In this document: in pieces, positions 1 through 9,597 of the stretch
Position numbering within the stretch: position 1 is the stretch's first letter
Layout of the letters: each line of letters starts with the position of its first letter
The notes under the pieces: generated by a model
What the model was told of the DNA's origin: nothing
The model's database searches: none
What the model saw: only the letters and a program-made list of their open reading frames with translations
Made by a program: the position numbers and the translations under genes
From: Pseudomonas aeruginosa PAO1
GTDB lineage: Bacteria > Pseudomonadota > Gammaproteobacteria > Pseudomonadales > Pseudomonadaceae
Reading direction: 5' to 3' (one strand)
NCBI RefSeq assembly: GCF_000006765.1
Contig: NC_002516.2
Length of the DNA stretch: 64,000 bases

Positions 1-144
1 CACCACCTCGATGCTGCGGCTGGCCTGCGCGGCCTGGGCCGGCTTGCCGAAGGCCTGGCCGTGGGCCGGCGAAGCCTGGGCGCTGGCACCGAAAAGCACG
101 CCGAGGACGATCAGGGAAGCGGGAAGCAGGCGGCGCGGAAACAT
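1..144 (-). CDS. 5' part of exported cupredoxin-like copper-resistance protein (PA2807-like); continues beyond window start
   Basis: ATG at 144 after GGAGA RBS; reads MFPRRLLPASLIVLGVLFGASAQASPAHG..., a Sec signal with AQA cleavage site; cop box upstream. Confidence 0.8.
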   Translation of the reverse strand, partial: MFPRRLLPASLIVLGVLFGASAQASPAHGQAFGKPAQAAQASRSIEVV

Positions 145-214
145 ACGGGGAATCTCCATCGGGTTGATGTCGCCTATCCTGTGTCGCTGCGCCTGCCGGC
201 TGGCTGTCGGGAGC

Positions 215-230
215 ATTACATCTTTGTCAG
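215..230 (-). promoter_or_regulatory. CopR box upstream of PA2807-like gene
   Basis: Minus strand CTGACAAAGATGTAAT; near-identical CTGACA-N5-GTAAT copy at 648-663. Confidence 0.7.
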
Positions 231-286
231 CTTGCCGCCGTTGCGGACCGCGAAGGCTAAGATCGCCCAGCGCCACCGACGGGCAT

Positions 287-327
287 AAAAAACCCGCCGA
301 CCGGAAACCAGGGAACCGGTGGCGGGT
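287..327 (-). terminator. Intrinsic terminator after ptrA
   Basis: ACCCGCC...GGCGGGT stem with inner ACCGG/CCGGT arm, followed by T6 on minus strand. Confidence 0.65.
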
Positions 328-387
328 GAAGACGGGATCGGAGCCCTCCGTCATCCCGTGTGGAGCCGGGGGTGGAAGAACTGGCGA

Positions 388-579
388 TCAGCAGTTTTCC
401 TTGTCCTTCTTCGTCGCTTCGGCCTGCTTCGCCAGTTTCTCCTGGTGCGCGGCACGAGCCTTGGCGGCCTGGGCCTGCATGCGCTCGAAGACGATGTCGC
501 CGCCGCTGTCGGCCATGGCCGGAACGGTCGGGGCGAGGACCAGCAGGAAAGCGAGGGTGGAGGCAGTGAAGGTACGCAT
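388..579 (-). CDS. ptrA: Small periplasmic copper-tolerance protein PtrA (63 aa)
   Basis: MRTFTASTLAFLLVLAPTVPAMADSGGDIVFERMQ; signal peptide, GGAGA RBS, divergent from copR. Confidence 0.85.
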   Translation of the reverse strand: MRTFTASTLAFLLVLAPTVPAMADSGGDIVFERMQAQAAKARAAHQEKLAKQAEATKKDKENC

Positions 580-647
580 GGGAAGTCTCCTCGAATGAGT
601 TCCCCTGTAGTCTGCGCGGGGGCCACTGTCGCCCCCGTTACCCACTG

Positions 648-663
648 ATTACGATGCTGTCAG
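648..663 (-). promoter_or_regulatory. CopR box between ptrA and copR
   Basis: Minus strand CTGACAGCATCGTAAT. Confidence 0.7.
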
Positions 664-704
664 AAACAGGTCGGCATGGCCGGCAAATGTAACGAGGGAT
701 GAAC

Positions 705-1385
705 ATGAAACTGCTGATCGTCGAAGACGAACCGCGCATCGGCCAGTACCTGCGCCAGGGGCTCGCCGAGGCAGGCTTCGCCGTCGACCTGAGCGACGAT
801 GGCAACGAGGGCGAGCAACTGGCCCTGGGCGGCGACTACGACCTGCTGATCCTCGACGTCATGCTGCCCGGCCGTGACGGCTGGCAGATCCTGCGCAGCG
901 TGCGCGACGCCGGGATGACCGTACCGGTGCTGTTCCTGACCGCCCGCGATGCCGTAGAGGACCGCGTGCGCGGCCTCGAACAAGGCGCCGACGATTACCT
1001 GGTGAAGCCGTTCGCCTTCGTCGAACTGCTCGCCCGGGTGCGCACCCTGCTGCGCCGGGGCAGCCAGCAGTTGCAGGAGACCACCCTGCAACTGGCCGAC
1101 CTCGAACTCGATTTGCTGCGCCGCCGGGTGCAACGCCAGGGCAAGCGGATCGACCTCACCGCCAAGGAGTTCGCCCTGCTCGAACTGCTGCTGCGGCGCA
1201 GCGGCGAGGTGCTGCCCAAGTCGCTGATCGCCTCGCAGGTCTGGGACATGAACTTCGACAGCGATACCAACGTCATCGAGGTGGCCATCCGCCGCCTGCG
1301 CGCCAAGGTCGACGACGACTACCCGCAGCGCCTGATCCATACCGTGCGCGGCATGGGCTACGTTCTCGAAGAGCGCGACGAATGA
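705..1385 (+). CDS. copR: Copper-responsive OmpR-family response regulator
   Basis: REC domain (LIVEDE, LDVMLP, DYLVKPF) plus winged-helix (HTVRGMGY); CusR/CopR-type; alternative ATG at 699. Confidence 0.93.
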   Translation: MKLLIVEDEPRIGQYLRQGLAEAGFAVDLSDDGNEGEQLALGGDYDLLILDVMLPGRDGWQILRSVRDAGMTVPVLFLTARDAVEDRVRGLEQGADDYLVKPFAFVELLARVRTLLRRGSQQLQETTLQLADLELDLLRRRVQRQGKRIDLTAKEFALLELLLRRSGEVLPKSLIASQVWDMNFDSDTNVIEVAIRRLRAKVDDDYPQRLIHTVRGMGYVLEERDE

Positions 1386-2713
1386 GCGCCGGGTTCGGCT
1401 CGCGGATGTCCCTCGGCGTCCGCCTGAGCCTGCTGTTCGCCGCCTGCACGGCGGCGGTCTCGCTGATCGCCGGATTGATCTTCAGCAGGGCCATCGACGA
1501 GCATTTCGTCGAGCTCGACCATATGGCGATGTCCGCCAAGCTCGCGGTGTTTCGCGATGAGCTGCGCGGCCTCGGCTCGGAACAACAGATGCGCCGCCGC
1601 GAAGCGGAACTGCTGCGCGAACTGGCACGCCATCCCGACCTCGGCCTGCGCCTGAACGGCCCGGATGGCAACCTCTGGTTCGAGCGCCTGCCGCAGCCTG
1701 CGCATCCCGGCCTGCCCGCCAACCGCGAACTCGGCGCCCCGCTGGAGCCCGGCAACGACGCTTCGCCGCGACTCACCGTGATCCTCGACATCAGTCATCA
1801 CCAGCACTTCCTGCAACGCATGCGCCAGTTGATCTGGCTGACCATGAGCCTGTCGGCGCTGGCCACGGCGCTGCTCGGCGCCTGGGCCACCGGCGCCAGC
1901 CTGGCGCCGCTGCGACGGATGCGCGAAGTCGCCGCGCGGGTTTCCGCCAACTCCCTCACCACCCGCCTCGACGCCAGCCGGATGCCAGAGGAGCTGCGCG
2001 GACTGGCCGGCGAGCTGAACGCCATGCTGGCGCGCCTGGAAGAAGCCTTCCAGCGCCTCTCGGCGTTCTCCGCCGACATCGCCCACGAGTTGCGCACCCC
2101 GCTCACCAGCCTGCTGACCCAGACCCAGGTGGTACTGTCCCGCCCGCGCTCGCTGGAGGACTATCGCGAGGCCCTGCACGGCAATCTCGAGGAACTGGAA
2201 CGGCTCACCGCGATGGTCAACGACATGCTGTTGCTGGCCAAGGCCGACCACGGCCTGCTGGCGCCCAGCCGCCAGGCCCTGGACCTGGGCGCGGAAGTCG
2301 ACTCGCTGCTGGAGTTCTACCAGCCGCTGGCGGAAGACCGCGACATCCGCCTGCTGCGCGAAGGCAGCCTGAGCCTGCCCGGCGACCGCGGCATGCTGCG
2401 GCGGGTGCTGGCCAACCTGCTGGACAACGCCCTGCGCTTCACCGCCGATGGCGGCGAGATACGTATCCGTCTCGGCGACCGACGCCTGAGCGTGGAGAAC
2501 CAGGGTCCGGCGATTCCTCCCGAGCGCTTGCCGCGCCTGTTCGACCGGTTCTATCGTGCCGATCCGGCGCGCCGCGAAGGCCAGGGTGAACACGCCGGGC
2601 TCGGCCTGGCGATCTGCCGCTCCATCGTCCAGGCCCACGGCGGCGAGATCCGCTGCGAGTCTGCCGACGGCTGGACCCGTTTCGTCATCGATTTCGCTCG
2701 CCCGCGCCGATGA
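1382..2713 (+). CDS. copS: Heavy-metal sensor histidine kinase
   Basis: Two TM segments, HAMP, H-box [10 protein letters not shown]-box NLLDNA, FDRFYR, GLGLAI; ATGA overlap with copR. Confidence 0.93.
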   Translation: MSAGFGSRMSLGVRLSLLFAACTAAVSLIAGLIFSRAIDEHFVELDHMAMSAKLAVFRDELRGLGSEQQMRRREAELLRELARHPDLGLRLNGPDGNLWFERLPQPAHPGLPANRELGAPLEPGNDASPRLTVILDISHHQHFLQRMRQLIWLTMSLSALATALLGAWATGASLAPLRRMREVAARVSANSLTTRLDASRMPEELRGLAGELNAMLARLEEAFQRLSAFSADIAHELRTPLTSLLTQTQVVLSRPRSLEDYREALHGNLEELERLTAMVNDMLLLAKADHGLLAPSRQALDLGAEVDSLLEFYQPLAEDRDIRLLREGSLSLPGDRGMLRRVLANLLDNALRFTADGGEIRIRLGDRRLSVENQGPAIPPERLPRLFDRFYRADPARREGQGEHAGLGLAICRSIVQAHGGEIRCESADGWTRFVIDFARPRR

Positions 2714-2718
2714 AACGC

Positions 2719-2747
2719 GAAGCCCCCATGACGGGGGCTTCTGTTTC
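2719..2747. terminator. Terminator hairpin between convergent copS and ABC permease
   Basis: GAAGCCCCC-ATGAC-GGGGGCTTC then TGTTT. Confidence 0.7.
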
Positions 2748-2762
2748 ATGCCTTCGAGCGTT

Positions 2763-3542
2763 TCATTGGCGCATGCCGCGCCCGCTCACCAGCAGCCTTA
2801 CGCAGCCGAGATAGAGCACCGCGGTGGCCAGCAGCATGAAGCCGATGGCCACGCCGATGCGAATGTCGGAGACGCCGAGGATGCCGTAGCGGAAGGCGTT
2901 GACCATGTGCAGGATCGGGTTGGCCAGCGACACGGTCTGCCAGAACGGCGGCAGCAGGTTGATCGAGTAGAACACCCCGCCCAGGTAGGTCAGCGGCGTC
3001 AGCACGAAGGTCGGGATGATCGAGATGTCGTCGAAGTTGCGCGCGAACACCGCGTTGATGAAACCGCCCAGGGAGAAAATGGTCGCGGTAAGCACCACCA
3101 CCAGCACCGTGATGCCCAGGTGGTGCACCTGCAGCTTGGTGAAGAACAGCGACAGCATGGTCACGATCACCCCCACCGCCAGGCCGCGCAGTACGCCGCC
3201 GATGGTGTAGCCGAGGAGGATGGTGTGCGGCGATACCGGCGACACCAGCAGCTCCTCCACCGAGCGCTGGAACTTGCTGCCGAAGAAGCTCGACACCACG
3301 TTGCCGTAGGCGTTGGTGATCACCGACATCATGATCAGGCCGGGCACGATGTATTCCATGTAGGTGAAGCCGCCCATATCGCCGATCTGGCGGCCGATCA
3401 AATTGCCGAAGATCACGAAGTACAGGACCATGGTGATCGCCGGCGGCAGCAGGGTCTGCGGCCAGATCCGGGTGAAGCGGCGCACCTCGCGGTAGACGAT
3501 GGTGTTCAGGGCGACCAGGTTGGCGCTCAGCTCGCTGCTCAT
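2763..3542 (-). CDS. ABC-2 type exporter permease (YadH-like)
   Basis: Starts MSSELSANLVALNTIVYREVRRF; six hydrophobic segments; ABC-2 signature; overlaps ATPase stop. Confidence 0.9.
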   Translation of the reverse strand: MSSELSANLVALNTIVYREVRRFTRIWPQTLLPPAITMVLYFVIFGNLIGRQIGDMGGFTYMEYIVPGLIMMSVITNAYGNVVSSFFGSKFQRSVEELLVSPVSPHTILLGYTIGGVLRGLAVGVIVTMLSLFFTKLQVHHLGITVLVVVLTATIFSLGGFINAVFARNFDDISIIPTFVLTPLTYLGGVFYSINLLPPFWQTVSLANPILHMVNAFRYGILGVSDIRIGVAIGFMLLATAVLYLGCVRLLVSGRGMRQ

Positions 3543-4471
3543 CGGGCGATCCTCGTCAGGTTCTTCTCCACCAGCGACACGAACAGCTCCTCCAGGCGAT
3601 TGGTCTTGTTGCGCAGGCTCAGTACCTCGATGCCTTGTGCGCCCAACTGGGCGAACAGATCGTTGATGCCCTGGCTTTTCTCCACCTGCACTTCGAGGGT
3701 GTGATCGTCCACCAGCCGCGTCGGGTAGCCGTCGAGAGTCGGCGGCAGGGCCTGGACGTTCTTCAGGTCGAGCAGGAAGGTTTCCGAATGCAGGGTCATC
3801 AGCAGGTCGCGCATGCTGGTGTTCTGCACGATCTCGCCGTGGTCGATGATGGCAATGTTGCGGCAGAGCTGCTCCGCCTCTTCCAGGTAGTGGGTGGTGA
3901 GGATGATGCTGATGCCTTCCTGGTTGAGTTCTGTGAGGAAGCTCCACATCGAACGACGCAGCTCGATGTCGACCCCGGCGGTGGGCTCGTCGAGGATCAG
4001 CAGGCGCGGCTGGTGGACCAGTGCGCGGGCGATCATCAGGCGCCGCTTCATGCCGCCGGAGAGCATCCGCGAGGCTTCGTTGCGCTTGTCCCACAGCCCC
4101 AGCTGGGTCAGGTAGCGCTCGGCGCGCTCCTTGGCGATCTTCGCCGGGATGCCGTAGTAGCCGGCCTGGGTCACGACGATGTCGAAGACCTTCTCGAACT
4201 GGTTGAAGTTGAACTCCTGCGGCACCACGCCAAGGCAACGCTTGAGGCCGGCCGGGTCCTTGTCGAGGTCGTGGCCGAACACCGAGACCGAACCGCTGGT
4301 CTTGTTCACCAGGGTCGAGAGAATCCCGATGGTGGTGGACTTGCCCGCGCCGTTGGGGCCGAGCAAGGCGAAGAAATCACCTTCGGCGACGTCCAGGTCG
4401 ATGCCCTTGAGGGCCTGGAAACCGTTGCCGTAGGTTTTCGTCAATTGACGGATGGACAGGGCGGAACTCAT
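3539..4471 (-). CDS. ABC transporter ATP-binding protein (YadG-like)
   Basis: Walker A GPNGAGKST, LSGGMKRR, Walker B LILDEPT, H-loop. Confidence 0.92.
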   Translation of the reverse strand: MSSALSIRQLTKTYGNGFQALKGIDLDVAEGDFFALLGPNGAGKSTTIGILSTLVNKTSGSVSVFGHDLDKDPAGLKRCLGVVPQEFNFNQFEKVFDIVVTQAGYYGIPAKIAKERAERYLTQLGLWDKRNEASRMLSGGMKRRLMIARALVHQPRLLILDEPTAGVDIELRRSMWSFLTELNQEGISIILTTHYLEEAEQLCRNIAIIDHGEIVQNTSMRDLLMTLHSETFLLDLKNVQALPPTLDGYPTRLVDDHTLEVQVEKSQGINDLFAQLGAQGIEVLSLRNKTNRLEELFVSLVEKNLTRIAR

Positions 4472-4546
4472 TAGGCTTCCCGTGTCGGAAGGTGAAGAGG
4501 AAGAGCTAGATAAGGCTACGGGTAACAAAATGCAACAGTAGCCGGC

Positions 4547-5167
4547 TCAGGTCAGTTCGGTCATTACCGCGGTGCGGAACGCCGGGCGCTCGCGCAAGCG
4601 CAGGTACCAGGCCTCGAGGTGGGGCAGCGGCGGGCGCTCGATGGGCATCTCGAACCAGGCGTAGATGAAACAGCCCAGGGGAATGTCACCCATGCCGAAG
4701 CGTTCGCCGGACAGCCAGGGTTGGCCGGCCAGGGTCTGGTCCGGCACCCGCAGCAACTCGCCGCAGGTCTGCAACGCCTTTGCGATCAGGGCCTCGTCGC
4801 GTTGCTCCGGCGGCGTACGCAGCGTTCCCCAGAACAGGTCGCGGAACGGCCCGGCGAGAGTCGAGGTGGTCCAGTCCATCCACTTGTCGGCGTCGGCGCG
4901 GCGCACCGGGTCCTGCGGATAGAGGTCGCCCGGCGCATAGCGGGCGGCCAGGTAGCGGACGATGGCGTTGGACTCCCAGAGGACGAAGCCGTCGTCCTCG
5001 ATCACCGGCACCCGACCGTTCGGATTCATCGCACGGAACGCCGGCTCATCCACCAGGCCGAACGCCCCGCCGGCATCCACCGTCCGGTACTCCAGGCCAG
5101 CCTCCTCGGCGCACCACAGCGCCTTGCGCACATTGCTCGAGTTCTTCCGGCCCCAGATGGTCAACAT
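4547..5167 (-). CDS. Glutathione S-transferase (GstB/YliJ-like)
   Basis: MLTIWGRKNSSNV, NPNGRVP, LWESNAIVRYL, GDI N-capping motif. Confidence 0.9.
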   Translation of the reverse strand: MLTIWGRKNSSNVRKALWCAEEAGLEYRTVDAGGAFGLVDEPAFRAMNPNGRVPVIEDDGFVLWESNAIVRYLAARYAPGDLYPQDPVRRADADKWMDWTTSTLAGPFRDLFWGTLRTPPEQRDEALIAKALQTCGELLRVPDQTLAGQPWLSGERFGMGDIPLGCFIYAWFEMPIERPPLPHLEAWYLRLRERPAFRTAVMTELT

Positions 5168-5274
5168 ACTCTGCGTTCCCTCTTCGGTTGATGCGGCGGA
5201 TGGGTCGCCGGAGCGCCCGGACGACATGCCGCACCCTACCGAGGATGGACCGAAGAAGGAAGACGCGCCGGCTG

Positions 5275-5298
5275 ATGGTGACTATCGACGCCCTTCAT
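5275..5298 (-). promoter_or_regulatory. MexT-type (nod-box-like) LysR binding site upstream of GST-ABC operon
   Basis: Minus strand ATGA-AGGGC-GTCGAT-AGTC-ACCAT vs consensus ATCA-N5-GTCGAT-N4-ACYAT (1 mismatch). Confidence 0.75.
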
Positions 5299-5953
5299 CT
5301 TGTCCGGCCTCGGCCTGGAAATCGCCGTCCAGGGCCAGCGGGCGGCCGGAGAACAGGTGCGGATAGTGCTGCTGCAAGTGGGAGAAGAACAGTTCCTCCG
5401 GCAGGTCGGCGAACTGGCCGTGATCGGCCAGGTATTCCATGTAGCGCTCGCCCTGGCGGTTGAACGGATGGAAGACGCTGTCGGCGACGCCGTCGAACTC
5501 CAGCGGAGCGACGTCGAAGGCGCGGCACAAGGCACGGTTGAACGCCGGGGTGGCCTTCACCCAGCGGCCCTCGAGGTACAGTTCGGTATAGCCGTGCATG
5601 GCGAACACCTCGCTGCGCAGCGCCTCCAGCAGGCGCGGCGTGGCCAGGTGGTTGCGCACGTCGGCCAGGCCGATCCGCGCCGGAATCCGGCAATGCCGAG
5701 CGCAGGCGGCGAGCAGGATGGCCTTGGGCACGCAATAGGACTCGCCCTGCTGCAGCGCGTGGCTGGCCTTCAGGGTCTGCGGATCGCGGCTGAACACGTA
5801 GGGGTTGTAGCGCACCCCGTCGCGTACCGCGTAGTACAGCGCGACCGCCTGGTCACGCGGTTTCGCCGAATTCCCCCGGGATTTTTCCGCGAACTCCACC
5901 ACCACCGGGTGGTCACTATCCACGAAGCGGCCGGATTGTAGGTAGGACTGCAT
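5282..5953 (-). CDS. Transglutaminase-like superfamily protein
   Basis: MQSYLQSGRFVDSDHP; YYAVRDGVRYNPY, YCVPKA (Cys), HGYTELY (His). Confidence 0.82.
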   Translation of the reverse strand: MQSYLQSGRFVDSDHPVVVEFAEKSRGNSAKPRDQAVALYYAVRDGVRYNPYVFSRDPQTLKASHALQQGESYCVPKAILLAACARHCRIPARIGLADVRNHLATPRLLEALRSEVFAMHGYTELYLEGRWVKATPAFNRALCRAFDVAPLEFDGVADSVFHPFNRQGERYMEYLADHGQFADLPEELFFSHLQQHYPHLFSGRPLALDGDFQAEAGQDEGRR

Positions 5954-6105
5954 GGCGGGCTCCCGGCGGGCAATTTGTCCCAGTCTAAACGGGAAGTTTT
6001 CGCCTATAACGTGACAAACCGGCCAAGCTGACCGGCCCTGCCGCCAAACGGCGGCAAACGGGCTAAGCTCGAGACGCCGCCTGGCGTCTTCATGGAGGAT
6101 TCCGC

Positions 6106-8553
6106 ATGTTGTTGCTCTGGTTAGTCGTACTGGTACTCGGTGTCGCTTACCTCGCCCATCGGCGTACCCCACCCGCTCCCGCGCTCGGCATCAGCGCCGC
6201 CTACCTGATCCTGATGGGCGTGTTCAGCCACGCGCCCGGCTGGCTGCTGCTGGTCTTCTGGCTGCTCTGGCTGGCGGTGGCGCTTCCCCTCGCCCTGCCC
6301 GACCTGCGCCGGCGCGTGCTCAGCGGTCCGCTGTTCGCCTGGTTCCAGAAAGTCCTGCCGCCGATGTCCGACACCGAGCGCGAGGCCATCGAGGCGGGCA
6401 CCGTGTGGTGGGATGGCGAATTGTTCAGCGGCCGCCCGGACTGGCAGAAACTGCTCGACTACCCCAAGGCGCAACTCACCGAAGAAGAGCAGGCCTTCGT
6501 CGACGGCCCGACCGAAGAACTCTGCGCCATGGTCAGCGACTGGGACATCGGCCAGCGCATGGACCTGCCGGAAGAAGCCTGGGCCTTCATCAAGCAGCAC
6601 GGCTTCTTCGGCCTGATCATTCCCAAGGAGTACGGCGGCAAGGGCTTCTCCGCCTTCGCCCACTCGCAGGTAGTGATGAAGCTCGCCACCCGTAGCGGCG
6701 ACCTGGCCTCGACGGTGATGGTGCCGAACTCCCTCGGCCCGGCCGAGCTGCTGCTCCACTACGGCACCGACGAGCAGCGCCAGCGCTACCTGCCGAGCCT
6801 GGCCAAGGGCGACGACATCCCCTGCTTCGCCCTCACCGGCCCCTACGCGGGCTCCGATGCCGGCGGCATGACCGACGTCGGCATCGTCTGCAAGGGCGAA
6901 TGGGAAGGTCGCGAGGTGCTCGGCCTGCGCCTGACCTGGGAAAAGCGCTACATCACCCTCGGCCCGGTGGCCACCCTCCTCGGCCTGGCCTTCAAGTGCC
7001 ACGACCCGGACCATCTGCTGGGCGACGAGGAGGACCTGGGCATCACCCTGGCGCTGATTCCCACCGACACCCCCGGGGTCGAGATCGGCCGCCGCCACGT
7101 GCCGCTGGGCGCCGCCTTCATGAACGGTCCGAACTCCGGCAAGGACGTGTTCGTGCCGCTGGAGTACATCATCGGCGGGCAGGAAATGATCGGCAAAGGC
7201 TGGATGATGCTGATGAACTGCCTGTCGGTCGGACGCTCCATCTCGCTGCCGGCGGTGGGCACCAGCGCTGGCAAGGCCAGCAGCTACGTCAGCGGTCGCT
7301 ACGCTCAGGTCCGCGAGCAGTTCAACGTGCCGATCGCCGCCTTCGAAGGCATCCAGGAGGCGCTCGCCCGCATCGGCGGCAACGCCTGGCTGATGGACAG
7401 CGCGCGAATCCTCACCGCCAACGCGGTGGACCTCGGCGAGAAGCCCTCGGTGCTTTCGGCGATCCTCAAGTACCACCTCACCGAGCGCGGCCGCGAGTGC
7501 ATCGCCCATGCCATGGACATCCATGGCGGCAAGGGCATCATCATGGGCCCGAACAACTACCTGGGTCGTTCCTGGCAGGGCGCGCCGATCTTCATCACGG
7601 TGGAAGGCGCGAACATCCTCTCGCGCAACCTGATGATCTTCGGCCAGGGCGCGATCCGTTGCCATCCGTACGTACTCAAGGAAATGGAACTGGCCCAGCG
7701 CGAGGACAAGGACCAGGCCGCCCGCGAGTTCGACGCGCTGCTGGTGAAGCACATCGGCTTCGCCGTCGGCAACGCCGCCAGCAGCTTCCTCCTCAGTCTC
7801 AGCTGCGGCCACCTCGGCAACGCGCCCGGCGACCGCATCAGCCGTCCCTACTTCCGCGCGCTGAACCGCCTGGCGGCGTCCTTCGCCCTGCTCGCCGACT
7901 TCAGCATGATGCTGCTGGGCGGCGAACTGAAGCGCAAGGAACGCCTCTCCGCGCGTCTCGGCGATGTCCTCAGCTATCTCTACCTGGGCTCGGCGGCGCT
8001 CAAGCGCTACCACGACCTGGGCAACCCGGACTACCTGCATCCGCTGCTGCGCTGGGCCATGGAGGAAAACCTCGGCAAGGCCGAGGCGGCGCTGGAGGAC
8101 CTGCTGAACAACTTCCCCAGCCGCTTCTTCGGCTGCGCGCTGAAGGTCCTGGTACTGCCGTTCGGCCGCCGGCACAAAGGGCCGGGCGACGAACTGGACG
8201 CCGAGATCGCGGAAATCCTCGGCCGTCCGGACGACGACCCGGCGTTGCAGGCGATCCTCGCTGGCGCGTTCCTGCCGAAGGACCCGCAGGACCCGGTCGG
8301 TGCCCTCGCCCACGCCTTCGACGCGGTACGCGAAAGCGCCGCGCTGGAGAAAACCCTGCACAAGGCGATCAAGGAAGGCAGGGTCCAGCCGCAAGCGGGG
8401 CAGAACCCGATCGATGCCGGCGCCGCCGCCGGCGTGCTGAGCGCCGAGCAGGCGCAGGCCCTGCACCAGGCCGAAGCGGCACGGCGCAAGGTGATCGACG
8501 TCGACGACTTCGCCAAGGAGGAACTGCAACTGGCCGACGGCAGGATCCGCTGA
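6106..8553 (+). CDS. fadE: Membrane-bound acyl-CoA dehydrogenase (FadE family)
   Basis: 815 aa; FALTGPYAGSDA, KRYITL, ITVEGANIL; GGAGG RBS. Confidence 0.88.
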   Translation: MLLLWLVVLVLGVAYLAHRRTPPAPALGISAAYLILMGVFSHAPGWLLLVFWLLWLAVALPLALPDLRRRVLSGPLFAWFQKVLPPMSDTEREAIEAGTVWWDGELFSGRPDWQKLLDYPKAQLTEEEQAFVDGPTEELCAMVSDWDIGQRMDLPEEAWAFIKQHGFFGLIIPKEYGGKGFSAFAHSQVVMKLATRSGDLASTVMVPNSLGPAELLLHYGTDEQRQRYLPSLAKGDDIPCFALTGPYAGSDAGGMTDVGIVCKGEWEGREVLGLRLTWEKRYITLGPVATLLGLAFKCHDPDHLLGDEEDLGITLALIPTDTPGVEIGRRHVPLGAAFMNGPNSGKDVFVPLEYIIGGQEMIGKGWMMLMNCLSVGRSISLPAVGTSAGKASSYVSGRYAQVREQFNVPIAAFEGIQEALARIGGNAWLMDSARILTANAVDLGEKPSVLSAILKYHLTERGRECIAHAMDIHGGKGIIMGPNNYLGRSWQGAPIFITVEGANILSRNLMIFGQGAIRCHPYVLKEMELAQREDKDQAAREFDALLVKHIGFAVGNAASSFLLSLSCGHLGNAPGDRISRPYFRALNRLAASFALLADFSMMLLGGELKRKERLSARLGDVLSYLYLGSAALKRYHDLGNPDYLHPLLRWAMEENLGKAEAALEDLLNNFPSRFFGCALKVLVLPFGRRHKGPGDELDAEIAEILGRPDDDPALQAILAGAFLPKDPQDPVGALAHAFDAVRESAALEKTLHKAIKEGRVQPQAGQNPIDAGAAAGVLSAEQAQALHQAEAARRKVIDVDDFAKEELQLADGRIR

Positions 8554-8581
8554 CACTCCGCGGCAAAGCGACGGTCGCAAC

Positions 8582-8611
8582 CGACAAAGGCGCCTTCCGG
8601 CGCCTTTGTCG
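8582..8611 (+). terminator. Terminator hairpin after fadE
   Basis: Perfect 13-bp stem CGACAAAGGCGCC-TTCC-GGCGCCTTTGTCG. Confidence 0.65.
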
Positions 8612-8681
8612 TCTTCACCCACCCAAACCCGGGCGATTGGCTAGAATCGACGGGCACATCCCTGACGTACGGGAGGCCATC

Positions 8682-9062
8682 ATGCTCAAGCTATTTGCCA
8701 CCGGCCTGGCAGCCTCGTTTCTCCTCCTGCCCCCGGCGCAGGCCGCACCGCCTGCGCCCTATGGCGTGCAGCCGCACCAGCAGGCGGTGCAGCGCGCTGG
8801 CGAACAGCGCCAACGCCAGCTCCAGGAACAGCGCCAGCGCTTCGACGAACAACGCCTGCAACTGCAGCAGGATCAACTGCAACGCCAGCAGCAGAACCTG
8901 CAGCGGCAACGGCAGCAGCGACAGATGCAGGACAACCTGATCCGCCAGCAGCAACTGGACCAGCAGCGCTGGCGCCTGGAGCAGGACCAGCGGCGCCTCG
9001 ACAGCGAACGCCGGCAACTGGAAAACCGCCGGCGCCAGAGCCAGTCCCCGGCGATCCGCTGA
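8682..9062 (+). CDS. Exported Gln/Arg-rich coiled-coil hypothetical protein (126 aa)
   Basis: GGAGG RBS; signal peptide MLKLFATGLAASFLLLPPAQA; QRQ/QQQ low-complexity body. Confidence 0.75.
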   Translation: MLKLFATGLAASFLLLPPAQAAPPAPYGVQPHQQAVQRAGEQRQRQLQEQRQRFDEQRLQLQQDQLQRQQQNLQRQRQQRQMQDNLIRQQQLDQQRWRLEQDQRRLDSERRQLENRRRQSQSPAIR

Positions 9063-9120
9063 AACTGGCCGGCGCCGCGAAACCCTTTATACTGCCCAGC
9101 TTTTTTCCAGAGGACCCGTC

Positions 9121-9531
9121 ATGGCCAACTCCTACCTCGAGCACCACCTCGCCCTGCTCCAGCACCTGCGCAACATCCTCGGCGCCCTGGGCGAGGCCGA
9201 GCAGGTGCCGGAAGAAAACCACGGGCTGTTCCTCGAGCGTTTCGACGAACTGATGGACGAACTGCCGCGCGACCCGGAAGGCGCCCAATACCTCGGCCAG
9301 GACCTGATCTCCCAGGTCTTCCACCGCTATCCGCAGATCGCCCACCTGGTACCGCGCGACCTGCTGTGGTTCTTCGGCGGCGATTGCCTGCACTTCATGC
9401 CGGACGAAGAGATCGACCTGTTCCAGCGCCTCGACGAGCGCCGCTACGAAGCCGAAGAGCGCGGCGAAACGTTCGACTGGAACCGCGAAAAACAGTTGCT
9501 CGCGCTGCCCGAGGACAGCCCGCGGCACTGA
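9121..9531 (+). CDS. Conserved hypothetical protein (PA2817 family)
   Basis: 136 aa, GAGGA RBS, typical codon usage; WFFGGDCLHFMPDEEI motif. Confidence 0.8.
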   Translation: MANSYLEHHLALLQHLRNILGALGEAEQVPEENHGLFLERFDELMDELPRDPEGAQYLGQDLISQVFHRYPQIAHLVPRDLLWFFGGDCLHFMPDEEIDLFQRLDERRYEAEERGETFDWNREKQLLALPEDSPRH

Positions 9532-9597
9532 ATCGCCTCGCGCCGGACGCACGCCGGCGCGACTCTTTGCGCTTCCGCCGCACGCTCATCTGCCCCT

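Noticed and set aside
5985-6000. AAAC-GGGAA-GTTT upstream of fadE as a PsrA site
   Set aside because: The spacer (5 nt) and flanks deviate from (G/C)AAAC-N2-4-GTTT(G/C); too weak to call.
6121-8622. 833-aa antisense ORF; likewise 47705-50497, 31649-33763, 15948-17393, 57557-59026 and many others
   Set aside because: Shadow ORFs opposite well-supported genes, caused by GC3 bias depleting stop codons; no domain motifs.
6900-8681. Apparent 720-aa ORF 6900-9062
   Set aside because: The upstream part is an alternative frame of fadE; only 8682-9062 has an RBS and a signal peptide.
8760-9060. CAG-rich repetitive stretch as CRISPR or tandem array
   Set aside because: It is coding low-complexity Gln sequence with no fixed repeat/spacer periodicity; no cas genes in the window.
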